Shown: piece after piece, positions 39,903 to 53,330 of the stretch
How positions within the stretch are numbered: position 1 is the first letter of the stretch
Layout of the letters: each line of letters begins with the position of its first letter
NCBI GenBank assembly: GCA_965207375.1
Contig: CBDBMG010000003.1
Span: 128,001-192,000, forward strand
From: Nitrosopumilaceae archaeon
GTDB lineage: Archaea > Thermoproteota > Nitrososphaeria > Nitrososphaerales > Nitrosopumilaceae
Length of the DNA stretch: 64,000 bases
Direction of reading: 5' to 3'
Translations under genes and position numbers: made by a program
Notes under the pieces: model-generated
What the model saw: only the letters and a program-made list of their open reading frames with translations
Database searches by the model: none
Told to the model about the DNA's origin: nothing

Positions 39903-42102
39903 GTATAAGTATATAATTATATGCAAAGTACGTGTATATCCAATGCAGTAATCATCAATTATCAACACATAAAAATTACATGAAAATAGATTAATTAACC
40001 AGGGCTGGTATCTTGTAAAAACTCATAGGTGTCGGAATCAGGGAGCACGTACCCCCCAGTTTTTACCGTTACTCCATATAATGTATCCTGATAACTTATT
40101 GTGCCACCTCAGTTGTGGAGTGCTTCCTACGCACCTTACTCAAGTACTATCACCAGCTGTGCCTGAATCAGTTGTCAGTTGGACATTTAGAAATCTGGTT
40201 GTTTGAACCTTAAGAGTAAAGAACTAACAATGAATTGGCAGAATGCAGAACTCCTAATAGATTATATTTGTATACATGGAATATCACTTAGGATAACAGT
40301 CATAAGGCAGCACTGTATGTTATCAATATTTTGGGGGCCCATGCAATGCATGTGCAGCCATGCACCCATCATTAACATAACTTAAAATTCAAATGGATGT
40401 AATAAATTTATACCATAGATAAGAGATACCCCTCCTGAATTGGAAACATACATACCCCATGTGAACAAACTGATGTCACCATCTGCGTTTTGCATGGTAT
40501 TAAAGAAATTCACTGTACTCAAGTTTCCAGCCAGTCATCATCGTCATCTATACATTTTCCCGTTGTCTGCTGATTAGAAGTGATATGTCTTGGCAAGTTT
40601 TTGTTGGTAGCCACTTAGTTTCAATAAATAATGTTTTAGTACCTATCCTAAAACCATTCTTGAAGAGCTTAATGCAGTGTATAAGTAAGGCAAAGTTTGT
40701 GCCATGGAAACTTTGAACCAGAGTTTATAGAAGTGGCTAAACTGAGAAAGAAAAAGGTTTTATCTCCTTCTGGTGATATTGTGGCTACTCTGGATGAAAG
40801 CATGTGCATCAGTGTGGATGGAGTTGAATATTCAGCTACTGTTGGACATGTACAATGTAGTATATTTTTGATGGAGCAGTCTGTTTGTTTAATTTGCAGT
40901 GAATATCGTGTAACACTCTCCGTTCTCTAGTTTCAAGACACAGTAAGCTAAAAACTGTTAGCAGTCACATCAACACAAGATATTTGCAAACACCTCAAAG
41001 ATCCGCATACATACAATCATTGCAGAGAGCCATTAAAAGCAAAAATGCTCAACTCAGAAGGCTTAGACTGAAAGTAAAAATGTTGATGGAATCTAGTTCT
41101 TGTGTACAACTGCATGGATGATAGTTTGAATTCAGATATCCAAAGAGTTATTGAGGACCACAAGGCATTGGAGAAAGATTATTTCAAGCAGACTTTTTGA
41201 GAACAACAGGTATGCATTGAGTTTCTGTGCATACCTCATTTTATCTTCCACAAAGGTAAAAGCTAACAAGGCAAAGAGAAATGGTGTCAGGTGGCACCCC
41301 TTGTTTATAAGATTATGCCTTAACATAATGTTGACATCCTGGAAGACTTACGATATTTTGCGTGTCAGGTTATATATGCTTACCTTCAAACAGGACATTG
41401 AGAGATTACACGCACTGGCATAAGCATGAGACCAGGCTTTGATGCAACTATAATCAATCATCTAAGAGTGCAGAATAGGAAACGTACGTATGATAAACAC
41501 TACAACTAAAACTTCTATTATAGGTTTGTTGTTTTATGATGAAAATTCGTGAGCATCTTGTATTTGACAAACATACTGAAACAATTACTGGATTTGTTGA
41601 TTGTGGCCAGCAAAGCCTGGATGAATGGTTCTCTGCATTCCAAGAGAAATGCACTCGTGGGCAGTCTCTGAGAAGCCACACTGTGGCAACTCATATGGTA
41701 ACATACGTATATAATGACCATAATTAGAGGAAATTTTTAAATTGAACTTTCCATTGTTTCATTTTGCAACCACAGGTTTGTAATACGTATATATTTTATA
41801 TTAGTCCTGTATGTGGCATTCTTAGGTGTCACCTCTAATTATAATTACTTAGTGTATTTGGTGTGGAGAGCTATTAGAATGCTTCAATTACCTGTTGTTC
41901 AAGTAGCTAGTTTGTGTGGTTGCAGATGGTGCTGCTCCTAACAGAAAATTCTTTAGATGGCATCAGATGGAGCAGTATTACTATATGAAATCAGGTGTCA
42001 CATACAGAGTGCCTAATGTGTGTTGTTCATCCGGAGATTTCATTTACTTTATTGCTGATATGTCACATTTGATAAAAATCATCTGTAATGCTTGGTACAA
42101 TT

Positions 42103-43214
42103 TAGTGTTGTTTTAGTTAATCAAAACTAAAACTAAAAATAATTTTAGTAAAGCAATTATATTTTAGTTAACTAAAACTAAAACTAAAACTAAAATTAAT
42201 TGCAAGTCAGTACTAAAACTAAAACTAAAATTAATTGCAAGTCAGTACTAAAACTAAAACTAAAACTAAAATTAATTGTGACTCGGTACTAAAACTAAAA
42301 CTAAAACTAAAATTAATTGTGTATCAGTACTAAAACTAATACTAAAACTAAAATTAATTGTGAGTCAGTACTAAAACTAAAACTAAAACTAAAATTAATT
42401 GTGAGTCAGTACTAAAACTAAAACTAAAACTAAAATTAATTGCGTGTCAGTACTAAAACTAAAACTAAAACTAAAATTAATTGCAAATCAGTACTAAAAC
42501 TAAAACTAAAACTAAAATTAAATGTTAGTCAGTACTAAAACTAAAACTAAAACTAAAATAGAATGTAAATTTTTACTAAAACTAAAACTAAAACTAAAAG
42601 CATAACTAAAACTAAGGGTAATTACGTCTTCAAATGGCATATATGATGCAACATAACGCTGTTTAAGCCTGTTTTAAGCCTGTTTTTACTCAATACTAAA
42701 ACTAAAAATAGTTTTAGTAAGACATTTTTATTTTAGTTAACTAAAACTAAAATTAATTCAGAAATATTACTAAAACTAAAACTAAAACTAAAAGTATTTA
42801 GAATATAACTAAAACTAAAACTAAAACTAAAAATACTTCAGAAATCTAACTAAAACTGAAACTAAAACTAAAACTATTTCAGAAATCTAACTAAAACTAA
42901 AACTAAAACTAAAAATACTTCAGAAATCTAACTAAAACTAAAACTAAAACTAAAAATATTTCAGAAATCTAACTAAAACTAAAACTAAAACTAAAAATAA
43001 TTCAGTAATCTTACTAAAACTAAAACTAAAATTATTGAGCTAAATTACTAAAAATAAAACTAAAACTAAAAATATTTCAGAAATCTTACTAAAACTAAAA
43101 CTAAAACTAAAAATAATTCAGTAATCTTACTAAAACTAAAACTAAAACTAAAATTATTGAGCTAAGTTACTAAAACTAAAACTAAAATTACAAGCCCTTA
43201 CTAAAACAACACTA
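42103..43214. mobile_element. hAT-type non-autonomous element (1112 bp) built of (AAAACT)n 41-bp units, 8-bp TSD GTACAATT
   Basis: TIRs TAGTGTTGTTTTAGT / ACTAAAACAACACTA. GTACAATT at 42095-42102 and 43215-43222. Removing it restores the NAWYNSQDK reading frame. Confidence 0.9.
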
Positions 43215-43358
43215 GTACAATTCTCAGGACAAAAGGTCTCATCATCTTGTGGTGAGGATAAATTTCTTACTGAGTTGTACATACTTGATCTTTGTTGTAG
43301 AACAGTGGAGTTGAAATTAGATGGTCGCACCTGATTGAATTAGTAGAGAAGACTAGTA

Positions 43359-43532
43359 CAGAGCTTGAAATAACAGTTGGCCATCGGCCATTTTCCGACC
43401 AATTTCAGGTTTGGCTGATCAAAACTGATATGCTAGGACAAATTTACTGTACACTTCCAATGGGGAATCCAATGATACGTTCCTACTTTCAATAAATGGC
43501 CGACCAATTTGTAATTCTTATTTCAAGCATTG
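43359..43532. mobile_element. MITE inserted in a P-transposase exon
   Basis: TIRs CAGAGCTTGAAATAA / TTATTTCAAGCATTG, with CTAGTA on both flanks. Removing it restores EKTSSSTGLSIGRKLTREH. Confidence 0.7.
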
Positions 43533-44478
43533 CTAGTAGCAGTACAGGTCTGTCCATAGGAAGGAAGCTTACTAGAGAGCACACAGTTTTAACTTATACT
43601 CAAGGATGACAGTTTGTTTAGCTGTTCAGGTTAGTTGTTTCTGTTAATAGTCTTACACAAGACTACACTTAGGTCCTTAGTAGCAGTGTGGCTAATAGTT
43701 TCCAAGCACTGCGGGAACTCAGAAGAATACAAGCCAATACAACTGAGACAGAGAAGTTTTGTCGGATCTTTGACAATTTTTTGATATTTTCAATACTCGT
43801 GCCATTGAAGAAGCAGACTGAAAAAGAAAACCTGACTTGAAACCTTTCTATTCAAGTAGAGATGAAAGATTAGAGGTGTGTAATTTATATAGCTATTTGC
43901 TCATTAAATGGTCGATACATTCAATGTTATTTTCAGTGGCCACAAACTACCTTACTACAGTACTTGGAAGATTGGAAGAAGCCAGTTGCAGATGATAGCT
44001 CAATACCTAAGGAAGAAAAGGCATATTGTACATTGCCTCAGCAGAGTATTGAAGGAATTAGGATTTGTGGTATGCTTCAAATTTGAGAAAACAACAACAG
44101 TTAATTACATATGTATATATCACAGCACACACTCTGCCTGAAATGGACAACCAAATTTCTGCTATCACATGAAAGGGCCAACTACATTTTGACAGAGCGA
44201 TTCAATCAAGATACTTCAGAAATATTTTTGAACAGCAGAGAGCCACGGGGCAGCGTAATGATAACCCATCCGTTGCTCAGTTCATGGAAAATAACTAAGC
44301 TCTAGTTATACAAAAGTCCCTGGCACTTGGTGGAAGTAAACAAAAAGTAAGTTACAATTGTCACCCCTTTGTAGGCCTTTGCCAAAGCATACGTAGATGC
44401 AACAGACACATAAAATTTGTATAGCTAAATATAATTGAATGTTATGCTCCAGTTACACAATAGTACAACACTGGTGAT

Positions 44479-45300
44479 TTATTGTAAAGCTTTCCTCAGA
44501 CCTTTTTGCCTTTGATGTTGCTTTTTGAAGCTTTCTTGCACTCTTTAAACAGCCTATTTGTTACAGCGAATCCCCTTACTGTGAACCATAACTCTATTAC
44601 ATCTTGTAGAAACATCATAGATTTTTCTTGTTCTAAATCTGAAATTAACTCCCAGAAAAACAAGATGTTTGGGTTAGAATTTGCTTCAGATATTACTTGC
44701 TCTTTTTTGTATCCTCTTTCAATAAGCTGGTAGGTAACTACTTCAATAGCTTTAAAGCAGTTAAAAGTATCATTAGAAACATGTTGCAATCCTCCATGAT
44801 CTTGAGCCTTTATCCAAATCTTGATTTCATCATTGTAAGTACTTGTACGTAGACCTAACATGTCCCACAATGCATTAACAAAAAGCCCCACTTGTTTTTT
44901 CATGCTTCCAAATTAGTTTCCTAATGATATATCCAGCCACATAATATATAGCATTTTCCTCAATTTCATCAAACTTCCTTTGTTCAAGTGTGGCCGGTGT
45001 TCAGGGGTATTCAGCAATATTCCAATTACTGCTACACGATTCATCCAAGGATTTATCATATTCATAAGTTAGAATCAACAGTTTCTCCAATTTCCTCTTC
45101 CATAATCTTCCATAATGGCATTTGTTTCTGTGCTCTTGCTGGAGTTGTAAACTTTGGACTTGATAATACTCGTGGATGCTTTTGCATTGTAGATTCAGGT
45201 AGTATCGTGGTATTGATATACATACTGCACATGTGCAAAATTTGGGTTGAAAAGGTTGAATCCAGTGTATTAAGTCACGTGAGTTTTATGACACATGACC
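44479..45300 (-). pseudogene. Second gene convergent with the P transposase (YVAGY...DxGGL domain)
   Basis: EENAIYYVAGYIIRKL, then after a frameshift WIKAQDHGGLQHVSNDTFNCFKAIE and IELWFTVRGFA, ending ...LRKALQ*. Confidence 0.6.
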
Positions 45301-45511
45301 AACCTCCTCTGGGGACTCTGTATTGATTTGCATTATTGTATTGTGACATTGTTTTTAATTATAGGGAAAGAAAGTGATGTACACAGTTGCTATAGAGGAA
45401 CTGCTGGCGTGCTGCTTCAACTTGAACAGCTTCCTAATTAACTTAATATTGTTGAAATAGTTCTCTTGGAATGCATATATGGCAGCAGGTCAATATACGT
45501 ATGTAAGATAT

Positions 45512-45760
45512 GTGACCGAGTCTGTGAAAAAAAGGTCTTATCTGCATGCATATCCAATTCTATGACTTTAAAGATGCATAACTCACTCTGTGGATGTGGT
45601 ACGTATGGATGTACGTAAGAATTTAGAAGAAGACAGACTAAATCCTAATAAGTGGCGCAATTGCAGATTGGTAGCTCATTCACAGGGGAAGTTATGTTTC
45701 ACTGAATACGTGTAATTGGATGTGCAGATATGTAAGACGTGTATTCGCAGACTCGGTCGC
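45512..45760. mobile_element. GTGAC-terminated MITE with ATAT TSD (Sola1-like)
   Basis: GTGACCGAGTCTGTGAA / TTCGCAGACTCGGTCGC, with ATAT on both sides. Confidence 0.7.
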
Positions 45761-45796
45761 ATATATTTTGATCCTTCCACACAAAGTGGTATATAT

Positions 45797-46044
45797 GTGA
45801 CTGGTTCTGCGAATCCTCCATGTTAGCGTGCAAATTTTGACCCATTTTTAGAACTGTAAAATCTCATAACTCTCTTACTATTCCATGTAATGTTGTAAAA
45901 ACTTGCATATTAATTGATAAATGATCCAGCTACATGTTAAATATAAAGCAATTAAAAATTAATGCAACTATCAGGATTTTACAGCTGTTTGTATGAAGCT
46001 ATGTAAAATACACTAACATGGAGGTTTTTCGCAGAGCCAGTCAC
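45797..46044. mobile_element. GTGAC-terminated MITE (Sola1-like)
   Basis: GTGACTGGTTCTGCGAA..CCTCCATGTTAG / CTAACATGGAGG..TTCGCAGAGCCAGTCAC. Flanks ATAT / ATAC. Confidence 0.7.
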
Positions 46045-47917
46045 ATACGTATATAGATATTAGTTTGTTTGCTAATCACCATTTTCACAAATTCATCTGT
46101 TTATAGAATTCAAATTCATCACAATTCAATACTTCTCAAAACATTGTCATCATTACATATTGATCATAATTCTATCATATTCATCTTGTCAATGTGACTA
46201 TTCTTGTTAGCAAATAACTAAAATTCCCCTGGTGGCTCACAGTGGCAAAAATCACCAGGGAATAACATTGATAAAATACTCAATTGAATTAAATAATTAT
46301 ATACCAAATGGTTTAGCGTGGCAAAAACCATGGGCAGGGGAGTTTACTTCAAGACTCAACTCCCACAAAGGGCTGACAGGCAACAAACTGAAGAGGTGCA
46401 AAACCATGAGGGAATTATGCCTCCACAAACAAGCTGACAACTGTTCTAATAAATGGCGAGTAGCTAAAGCTATAGTAGTACTACTTCTGTTGGTTGTCCT
46501 GACAGCTATAATATCTCTTAAAGTTCTCAAACTCCGGTTGTTTATGTGATTAGAGCGGTTTGCACACCTTGCAAAAAACTGCAGACGCTTTTCAAATTTT
46601 GCATTTGCGTTCATCATTTTGTTAATGTATAGAACAAAGTTGATGCTGCTGTACAGTGATATGGTAGTTATAGCTGTTAACTAAACGAACATACACCTAT
46701 GTTAACCATCATAGACTGCTGATATTCTGAAATATTAAACAAGCATGCTGCTCACTTGGTGCTGCTCATAAAAACTTTTTAAAGGTTTGCGCAAACCGCA
46801 GTAGCTACACTATCGCGCTGCACATGCAGTTTCTCTATCGCCACCCATACACTCAGTTTTCGTTGATAGGAACTGCGTACTTCACTTTCTTTCCCTGTTA
46901 AGTGAAAATCTTTTATTTTGTTCTTCAGTACATACGTATGTATTTCTCCATGGCAAAAAATAATGTCATAATACAACAAATGCAAACGAATACATATATT
47001 AGAGTTCCCCAAATAGCTAAGAAGCAACATTTTGTTTTGTGATGTCATTTTGAAAAAGGCTAATAAAGGCTTGTTGATTGATGACAATCATGTGCAAACC
47101 ATTCACACATAGTCTGGTCTGCCTAGTATAGAAGGTACACATTTACGTATGTCACAGTTAATGTTAAACAGTTATGTAGTAATGCACCATGTTTGTGAGG
47201 CAGAAATGTTCGAAAGTATGTTGCAACAGAGAATATACTGAGGAATATAAAGAAACACTTATGAGGATTGGTTTCTACCTTGTATCGCTGCTTGTTTAGT
47301 TGTATCAAAACCCTATAATAATTGAATCAAGTGCAGCTAACCATCTCAGCATATTACAATTAACGAACCATCCCAGGCTTTGCTTCATGTTCTAACCCTC
47401 TTAGAGTTGTGTGTTGATGAGGAACTTGCACGACTATAAGGGAAGAAGGTTTTCTATAAGTACTGGTAAAGGAACCACTGTTTTTAGGTGACGAAACACA
47501 TAGCATTTTACCAAATCCGGTGGGTAAAAACTGCTAGAACATCATTTCTCTCGACAAAATTCTTAATTAGTTTTCTCCTTGATAGTATCATAGCCTAAGG
47601 AAGATACTACAGTCCTGATAACGATATCACAAACATCAATCATGGCCAAACAATTTGATGGAAAACAACTTGATATATTTACCATCTAAAAACCAGGCTT
47701 TACATACCGTTTATCTATCACTATCGTTATGTATGTGGAGATGTCACAACATGAGCATAGATTCCTCACTAGGGCATGCATAGTTAATTTGTTGATTTTG
47801 AAGTTTAAATTGGCTTTAAACTTAGTTTCTTGGTGATTTAATAGTGGTAAGAACTTGTTTTAAGTCAAAACTCTTAGCTGTACCTTTGATCAGCCCACGC
47901 AAAATGTAATAAGACCT

Positions 47918-49183
47918 AGGCCACTCCAAATATATTTCCTGTTTCCCGTTCACCACCCGCATCTGTTTCCTGTCAACACTATTCTTCCATTATCTATGGT
48001 TTTTCTCAAAAAACAATATCAATTTAGCTATCTCTTGAACTATTTATGACCTAAAAAATAATGGAATGGAAAATGTACCTCCCGCCTGCATGCTTTTATA
48101 TATAGTTCAGTGGCGTAGGAACTGTAGCGGCCACAGCGGTTTTGGCCGCTGCACTTTTACAATCCATTAAAAATTTTATTAAAAATTAGTCTGCTGATGA
48201 GAGCGAACACCAAGTTAAAGGGACTATGCGCTGTTTACGAAGCCGTTTAAGTGTATTTGTATATAATGTCTGCGTAATAGGTACTATACCTTATATGGAA
48301 TTATTTCGTGCCATGGATACCCATGTCCAGCTTCGCACAGCTTCCTCAGATGATATTGAAGAGGTAGTTTTTAACTGTAATCGGCGCCTTTGTTATATCC
48401 GCGGGGCATTCTTTATCATGAGCGTTTGTTATATCAATAGTGAATCGCGTGATTTTCTTGGCCCAAAAAATCACGTGCGCCTTAAAAACCTAAAAGGCTT
48501 CCTAAACAGCGCATAGTCCCTTTTATTATTTCATCGTGCGCATAGTATTGTTACCTCGTGTTTCTATTAGTACTGTACATGTCGGTTGAATGTTTCCGTG
48601 TTCTAGTAGCCATAGTGCAGAGAACAACTCCAGTTTCGTTCTTCCAAAGCAGGCTCACCAGCCACAAAGGTATTCTTGGCTACTGACTAATTGATCCAAT
48701 AATTATACCCTAACACTGTTTATAGCTTTGTAAAATTTTTATTTCGTCGCGTTAAATAAAAATTTTCTTGGAGGGGGCATGCCCCCAGTCTGTACACATG
48801 GACTGAAATCTAGGTTCAGTAACTATAAATATAATTATATAGAAATAATTAGCTATATATACACATGGGAATACAGTTTGAGCCCTTCAGTAATAGCACA
48901 AAATAGTGACTAAATTCAATCCTGTGACATGTAATTTTCAAAAATTTCCTGGGGGGGCATGCCCCCAGACCCCCCTAGGGGCTCCATGCTTCGCATGTTC
49001 GGTTGTGTGCTTCGCACACAATTGGATCTATCTCATCAGGTTCAGCATAATCAGCCCCCCACTTTAAAATTACATTTCCGCTAGAGTCTACCAGCACAAT
49101 TGGCCTCTCCACTTTTATTTTGCTTCCTACGCCACTGTAGTTCAATGGAGGACAGGAAACAGGAAATATATTTAGAGTGGCCT
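47918..49183. mobile_element. AGGCC-terminated MITE containing a nested CAGTGG element (48108-49137, 5-bp TSD TAGTT)
   Basis: Outer TIRs AGGCCACTCCAAATATATTTCCTGTTTCC / GGAAACAGGAAATATATTTAGAGTGGCCT. Inner TIRs CAGTGGCGTAGGAA / TTCCTACGCCACTG. Confidence 0.8.
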
Positions 49184-49679
49184 TATTGTATTTTGTGTGG
49201 TAGATCAAAAGGTACAACAGTTCTTTATATGCCATAAAGTGCCACAAAATGTCAAGAGGTAGTTATAGAACTGTGGTTAGTAGTTATAGAATGGTAGAGT
49301 AGTTATAGAACTGCGGCAAATTTACACATTTATATCAAATATGTACATTATACCTTTCATTTATACAATGTCTTGCATGCCAAGTTAAGATGGATATCTT
49401 GCCAAGTTAAGGTGATTGGATATCTGGGTGATTTATAGGGTAACTATAGTGCCACTATAGTTGCATTACACACAGCACTAGCTATAGCTACTGGAGTATA
49501 AATAGCTATCAATAAAGTTTTAAAAAAGAGCTTGGACATTTGAAAGATCAAAATTAATGACCTTTGGGTGCCACTGAAACAGCCCAGTTATAGTTGACAA
49601 ATGTCAGACTGATTATAATTGTCTCTCCCTTTTGTATAATTTCATGCACTACTGATGACACCATGGTTATTTTATAGAA

Positions 49680-50690
49680 TGTACAGGACAATTCATTGAT
49701 GAGTCAGTATAATCGTGTTGTAGTCGTGGAAAATTTTTTGATACCATGTTATGAACTGCTGCATGCTGGATACAAGAAGACGTTTGAGAAGGTATAGCAA
49801 TGTGCGTAATAAGCTGGCTATATTCTGTTGTAGTTTGTGTTTGTAGATTTCATCTTTATATTATGGTATACCACGAAGTAGCTAACAGATGAAGCTTTCG
49901 TTAGCATGTATGACATTTTCTCAAAAGAAGAAGGTACAGCATACATATTAACCATGTTCCCATGAAACCTATCATATCAAACAATTTCTTTTCAAGGCTT
50001 CAGGTCAAAACGCATGAGAATGCTGGTTGTTGCTGCATGCATAGTTCTATTTTGTAATTGATATGAGACACCTATCAGATGGAGAATAGAAGTGGATTCT
50101 GCATGCCATTGACTACTGGACAGAATTCAACTTTGTATTTCCCCTCCATCAAATGAAGCAGAATCCATTGCTACTGTCTTTAGAACATACGTCTTCCCAT
50201 ACTTTGGTGTGCCTAAAATTTTGCATTCAGATAATGGAAGGGAGTTTGCTAACAGTATAATTGAGTGCCTTATAGAATTATGGCACACCAATATACAAAA
50301 TCATACATGATTGACCTTGACATCCACAAACACAAGGAGTAGAGAGAGCACACTGAACACTCAAGCAGAAGTTGGCCACTCAAGAAGATACAGGATGGTC
50401 AAGGATGTTACCTCGTGTTATTTGTAAGATAAACTTAACATTACTGTATAGCTTTAAATGGTGAAACATTGACAATATACGTAAGTATAGCAATGGTAAT
50501 ATTACTAACAAATTATACGTTTTACTTATGGTTTCCATTTCATGAATACTCAAGTATATGAAACTACTGGGCACTCTCTGTACAAATTGGGTTTTGGACA
50601 GAAACCTCATCCAGTTTTATTTGCTGGAGCCAAGAGGATTTCAGTTGTAAATGAAGAAGATGTGGGATTGCTTTTGAGGATATTGGTGTA
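49680..50690 (+). pseudogene. Degenerate, intron-containing KRBA2/SCAND3-like (Ginger2-type) integrase
   Basis: HAGYKKTFEK, MKPIISNNF.SRLQV, KWILHAID, FGVPKILHSDNGREFAN, HPQTQGVERAH and WSRMLPRV motifs, with many stops. Confidence 0.75.
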
Positions 50691-51615
50691 AGTGAAGTGA
50701 ATTAGCTAGCTACGTAGCTCAGTATGTCAAGGTATGATATTTAATGTTAGTAGTTGCTACAGGCTATAGCTATATACAGTAAGGTTAGGCAATACTTTAA
50801 TATTATCACCAATCAGAATCGTTAGCATGCAATAATATTACATGTGCAATAATTATTACATGTGCAATATTATTGCACATATTGCAGTGCATAAAGTAAA
50901 ATTTCATTTCAAAAAGTGTACATGAAAATTTCAATACAAAGCAAATGAATGACCACGCTCACAAAAATACGGAAAATATATTACGCCTACGGGAAGAATG
51001 TCTTGTAGATTTTCGTTAATTACAGCGCATAGAAAGAATGCACACTTCTATATCGCTTAGAAACGGAAGTATGAACATTTTGTTATACTGTTTATTGTCA
51101 GCAAAGTAGCCTCACTAGCCTTGCTATAGTCGCCATTCCACAACAAAGTGCGGCTATGGATATAAATGCCCAATACATATTGTATTGTGGGATTTGCCCG
51201 CAGAGTTATAATGTTGTGTTTATAGTTACCTTGAGGTGTATTACACAAATATCGCTTGGAAATATAATCTTTGTTGATATTAAATTACAATAGTTTCATA
51301 GATGTGCTTAAAATCACAGCCAAAATAGCCGCCAAAACCTAGAACACGTTGCTAATGGTGATTCACCTAAAGTTTCTTGTCTTGTCGCTTGTTTCTTGTC
51401 TTCAATGGCTGCATTATCCGCTGGTAACGAAGTACGTATGTTCGCTGGAAATAAACAAGTTAGTAACCAGGAAGTAATTAATTAGCATAACAAAGGTTGT
51501 ATGGCTTGCAGTTATGTTTTCGTGGTTTGTGGCATGTACTGTGACAAACGTTAACAAATGGTAATACAATGTGTTACAAAAAATAAATTAACAACCATAC
51601 ACCTGTTCACTAAAA

Positions 51616-52531
51616 TTGCTTAGTTATTTTCTGTACAACATCAGTCATCCAACCAAGTATGGTGTGCCACAATTATATCTATCGGATGAAGTAAATATTG
51701 AAGCACCAGGATCATTGTCACACAATCAGTTGTTAGTTGAAAAGGTTTTATGCAAGACCTTTAACCACTGCAAATGCGATGTTGTTATTAGTGATCGTTT
51801 CAGATCCTTGTTTACCAATAAACTGTTGAGAATTGGAAGAACTATGCACAAGCTAGGTGGACGGGGAAGGGCTAACCAAGTTGAAAACTGGAAGGAAACA
51901 AACTGGTCACTTATACTACATCCAAATGAAATTGTACCCAGGACAAAAAACAGAAAGTAGAAAATGTTTTTGTACAAGCTCAAGCAAAGAAAATTGGACG
52001 ACTACAAGAAGATTTAGGAAACTGTCAGCAATTATTATAAAGGATGCCAACATAAAGCTACAGAAAGCACAGGAAAAACACAAACAACTTGCTACATCAC
52101 TTGGTCCCAAGGTAACTAAGCATAATAAATCTTGGTCACAATACAGTACACAATACAAGAGTCAACAGAAAAAGCAGATAGCAAGCAATGTATGCATATC
52201 ACTAAAATTCACAGAAAATACCCATTTTCAACCATCAAACGTAGAAATGAGAAATATCGAGACTAACGAAATGTTATCAATACACCAAGATGGCTCAATT
52301 ACATTAATAAAACCACAACGTACATCAGAAAATAATAATACTATCACTAAACAAACCTTATATGTAAAGGAAAGGTTCAATATTTCTGACAAAGCATATC
52401 ATGAACTATCTATAGTCCATCCATCATTACCACGCTGGTTAACCTTAAATAAAACATCCAAAGAAATGGACTGTAATAGTACCATTTGTCCTACATCAGG
52501 GCCAATTCTAGGAATACAGCAATCACTTAAA
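51616..52531 (+). pseudogene. Truncated, frameshifted ORF, probably the N-terminal part of a DNA-transposon protein
   Basis: ORFs 51616-51960 and 51857-52558, with motif LYVKERFNISDKAYHELS...LPR. Cut off by the MITE at 52532. Confidence 0.4.
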
Positions 52532-53330
52532 TACGGTACAGCTCGATTTAAACTTTAAGAACACACGCATGTGCAACTGCACGCGCACTGCACGAGCATA
52601 GAAATATTCGCTACGTGCTCGCGAGTGCACTGGAGATTAATGACGTATAAACCGCCCGTGGAGAGTAACAACACTCGTTACGAGTTATGCACTCGAGACT
52701 CGTGTATCTCGGCGTGCATTTAGCTCGTAACGTGAATGAACCTGTTACTCGACTAGGGATAACAATAAAACAATATAAAGCCGTACTGTATGAACGTACG
52801 TACTTTGTAACTGGCTGAAACTTAAACTGCATCAATAAGGACACTTCGCACGCCCTCCTACATCTGTCCGCATCACGTGCATCAGTGGTTCTAATTAATG
52901 GCGCAGTAACACGTGTCAGTTGAAGTTGTTATCCCTCAGTCTATGAGCCTTTTACGAACAGAAGAAATGGAATATCCACAAGAGAACAAAGTTATTGCAC
53001 GCAATCCATCATGAATGGACCATCTTTAAACCGTGCACGTAAGTTTGACGAACGTGCATGTTAGGATTGTCGTCTCGTGCGCTTGCACACTGAACAGAGT
53101 TACTGGTGGTGATCAAAATTCCTTAGTGAATGTGCGTGGATTGTAACGTGCGTCCATGCACGTACGTACGCAAACATGTTAGGCAACGTCATACGTGCGT
53201 GTATGGCTCGCGAAATTCTCGTGCAATTCTCTACAGACATGCACGATTTTGAAAAATACTCGAGAGGAGCTACGAAATACACGCGTGTCACCTGCACGCG
53301 TGCTTCAAGTTTAAATCGAGCTGTACCGTA
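52532..53330. mobile_element. CpG-rich TIR element (799 bp)
   Basis: Perfect 24-bp inverted ends TACGGTACAGCTCGATTTAAACTT / AAGTTTAAATCGAGCTGTACCGTA. Confidence 0.85.

Larger units (their letters stand above)
40420..44420 (+). pseudogene. Intron-containing P-element/THAP9-like transposase pseudogene
   Basis: Ordered motifs HINTRYLQTP, GVRWHPLFIRLCL, LPSNRTLRDYTH, MKIREHLVFDK..ITGFVD, VVADGAAPNRKF, FIADMSHLIK..NAWYNS, LAVQVLSSSVA, TEKFCRIFD and YILTERFNQD...NDNPSVAQF. Many stops and frameshifts, plus two nested insertions. Confidence 0.8.

Noticed and set aside
42160..43190. 41-bp periodic array with short variable segments, superficially CRISPR-like
   Set aside because: Variable parts are only a few bases, not unique spacers. 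The array lies inside a TIR/TSD element, there are no cas genes, and the context is eukaryotic.
46232..46617. Overlapping ~105-aa ORFs on both strands
   Set aside because: No recognisable motif. It might be a decayed upstream exon of the 44479-45300 gene, but this cannot be supported.
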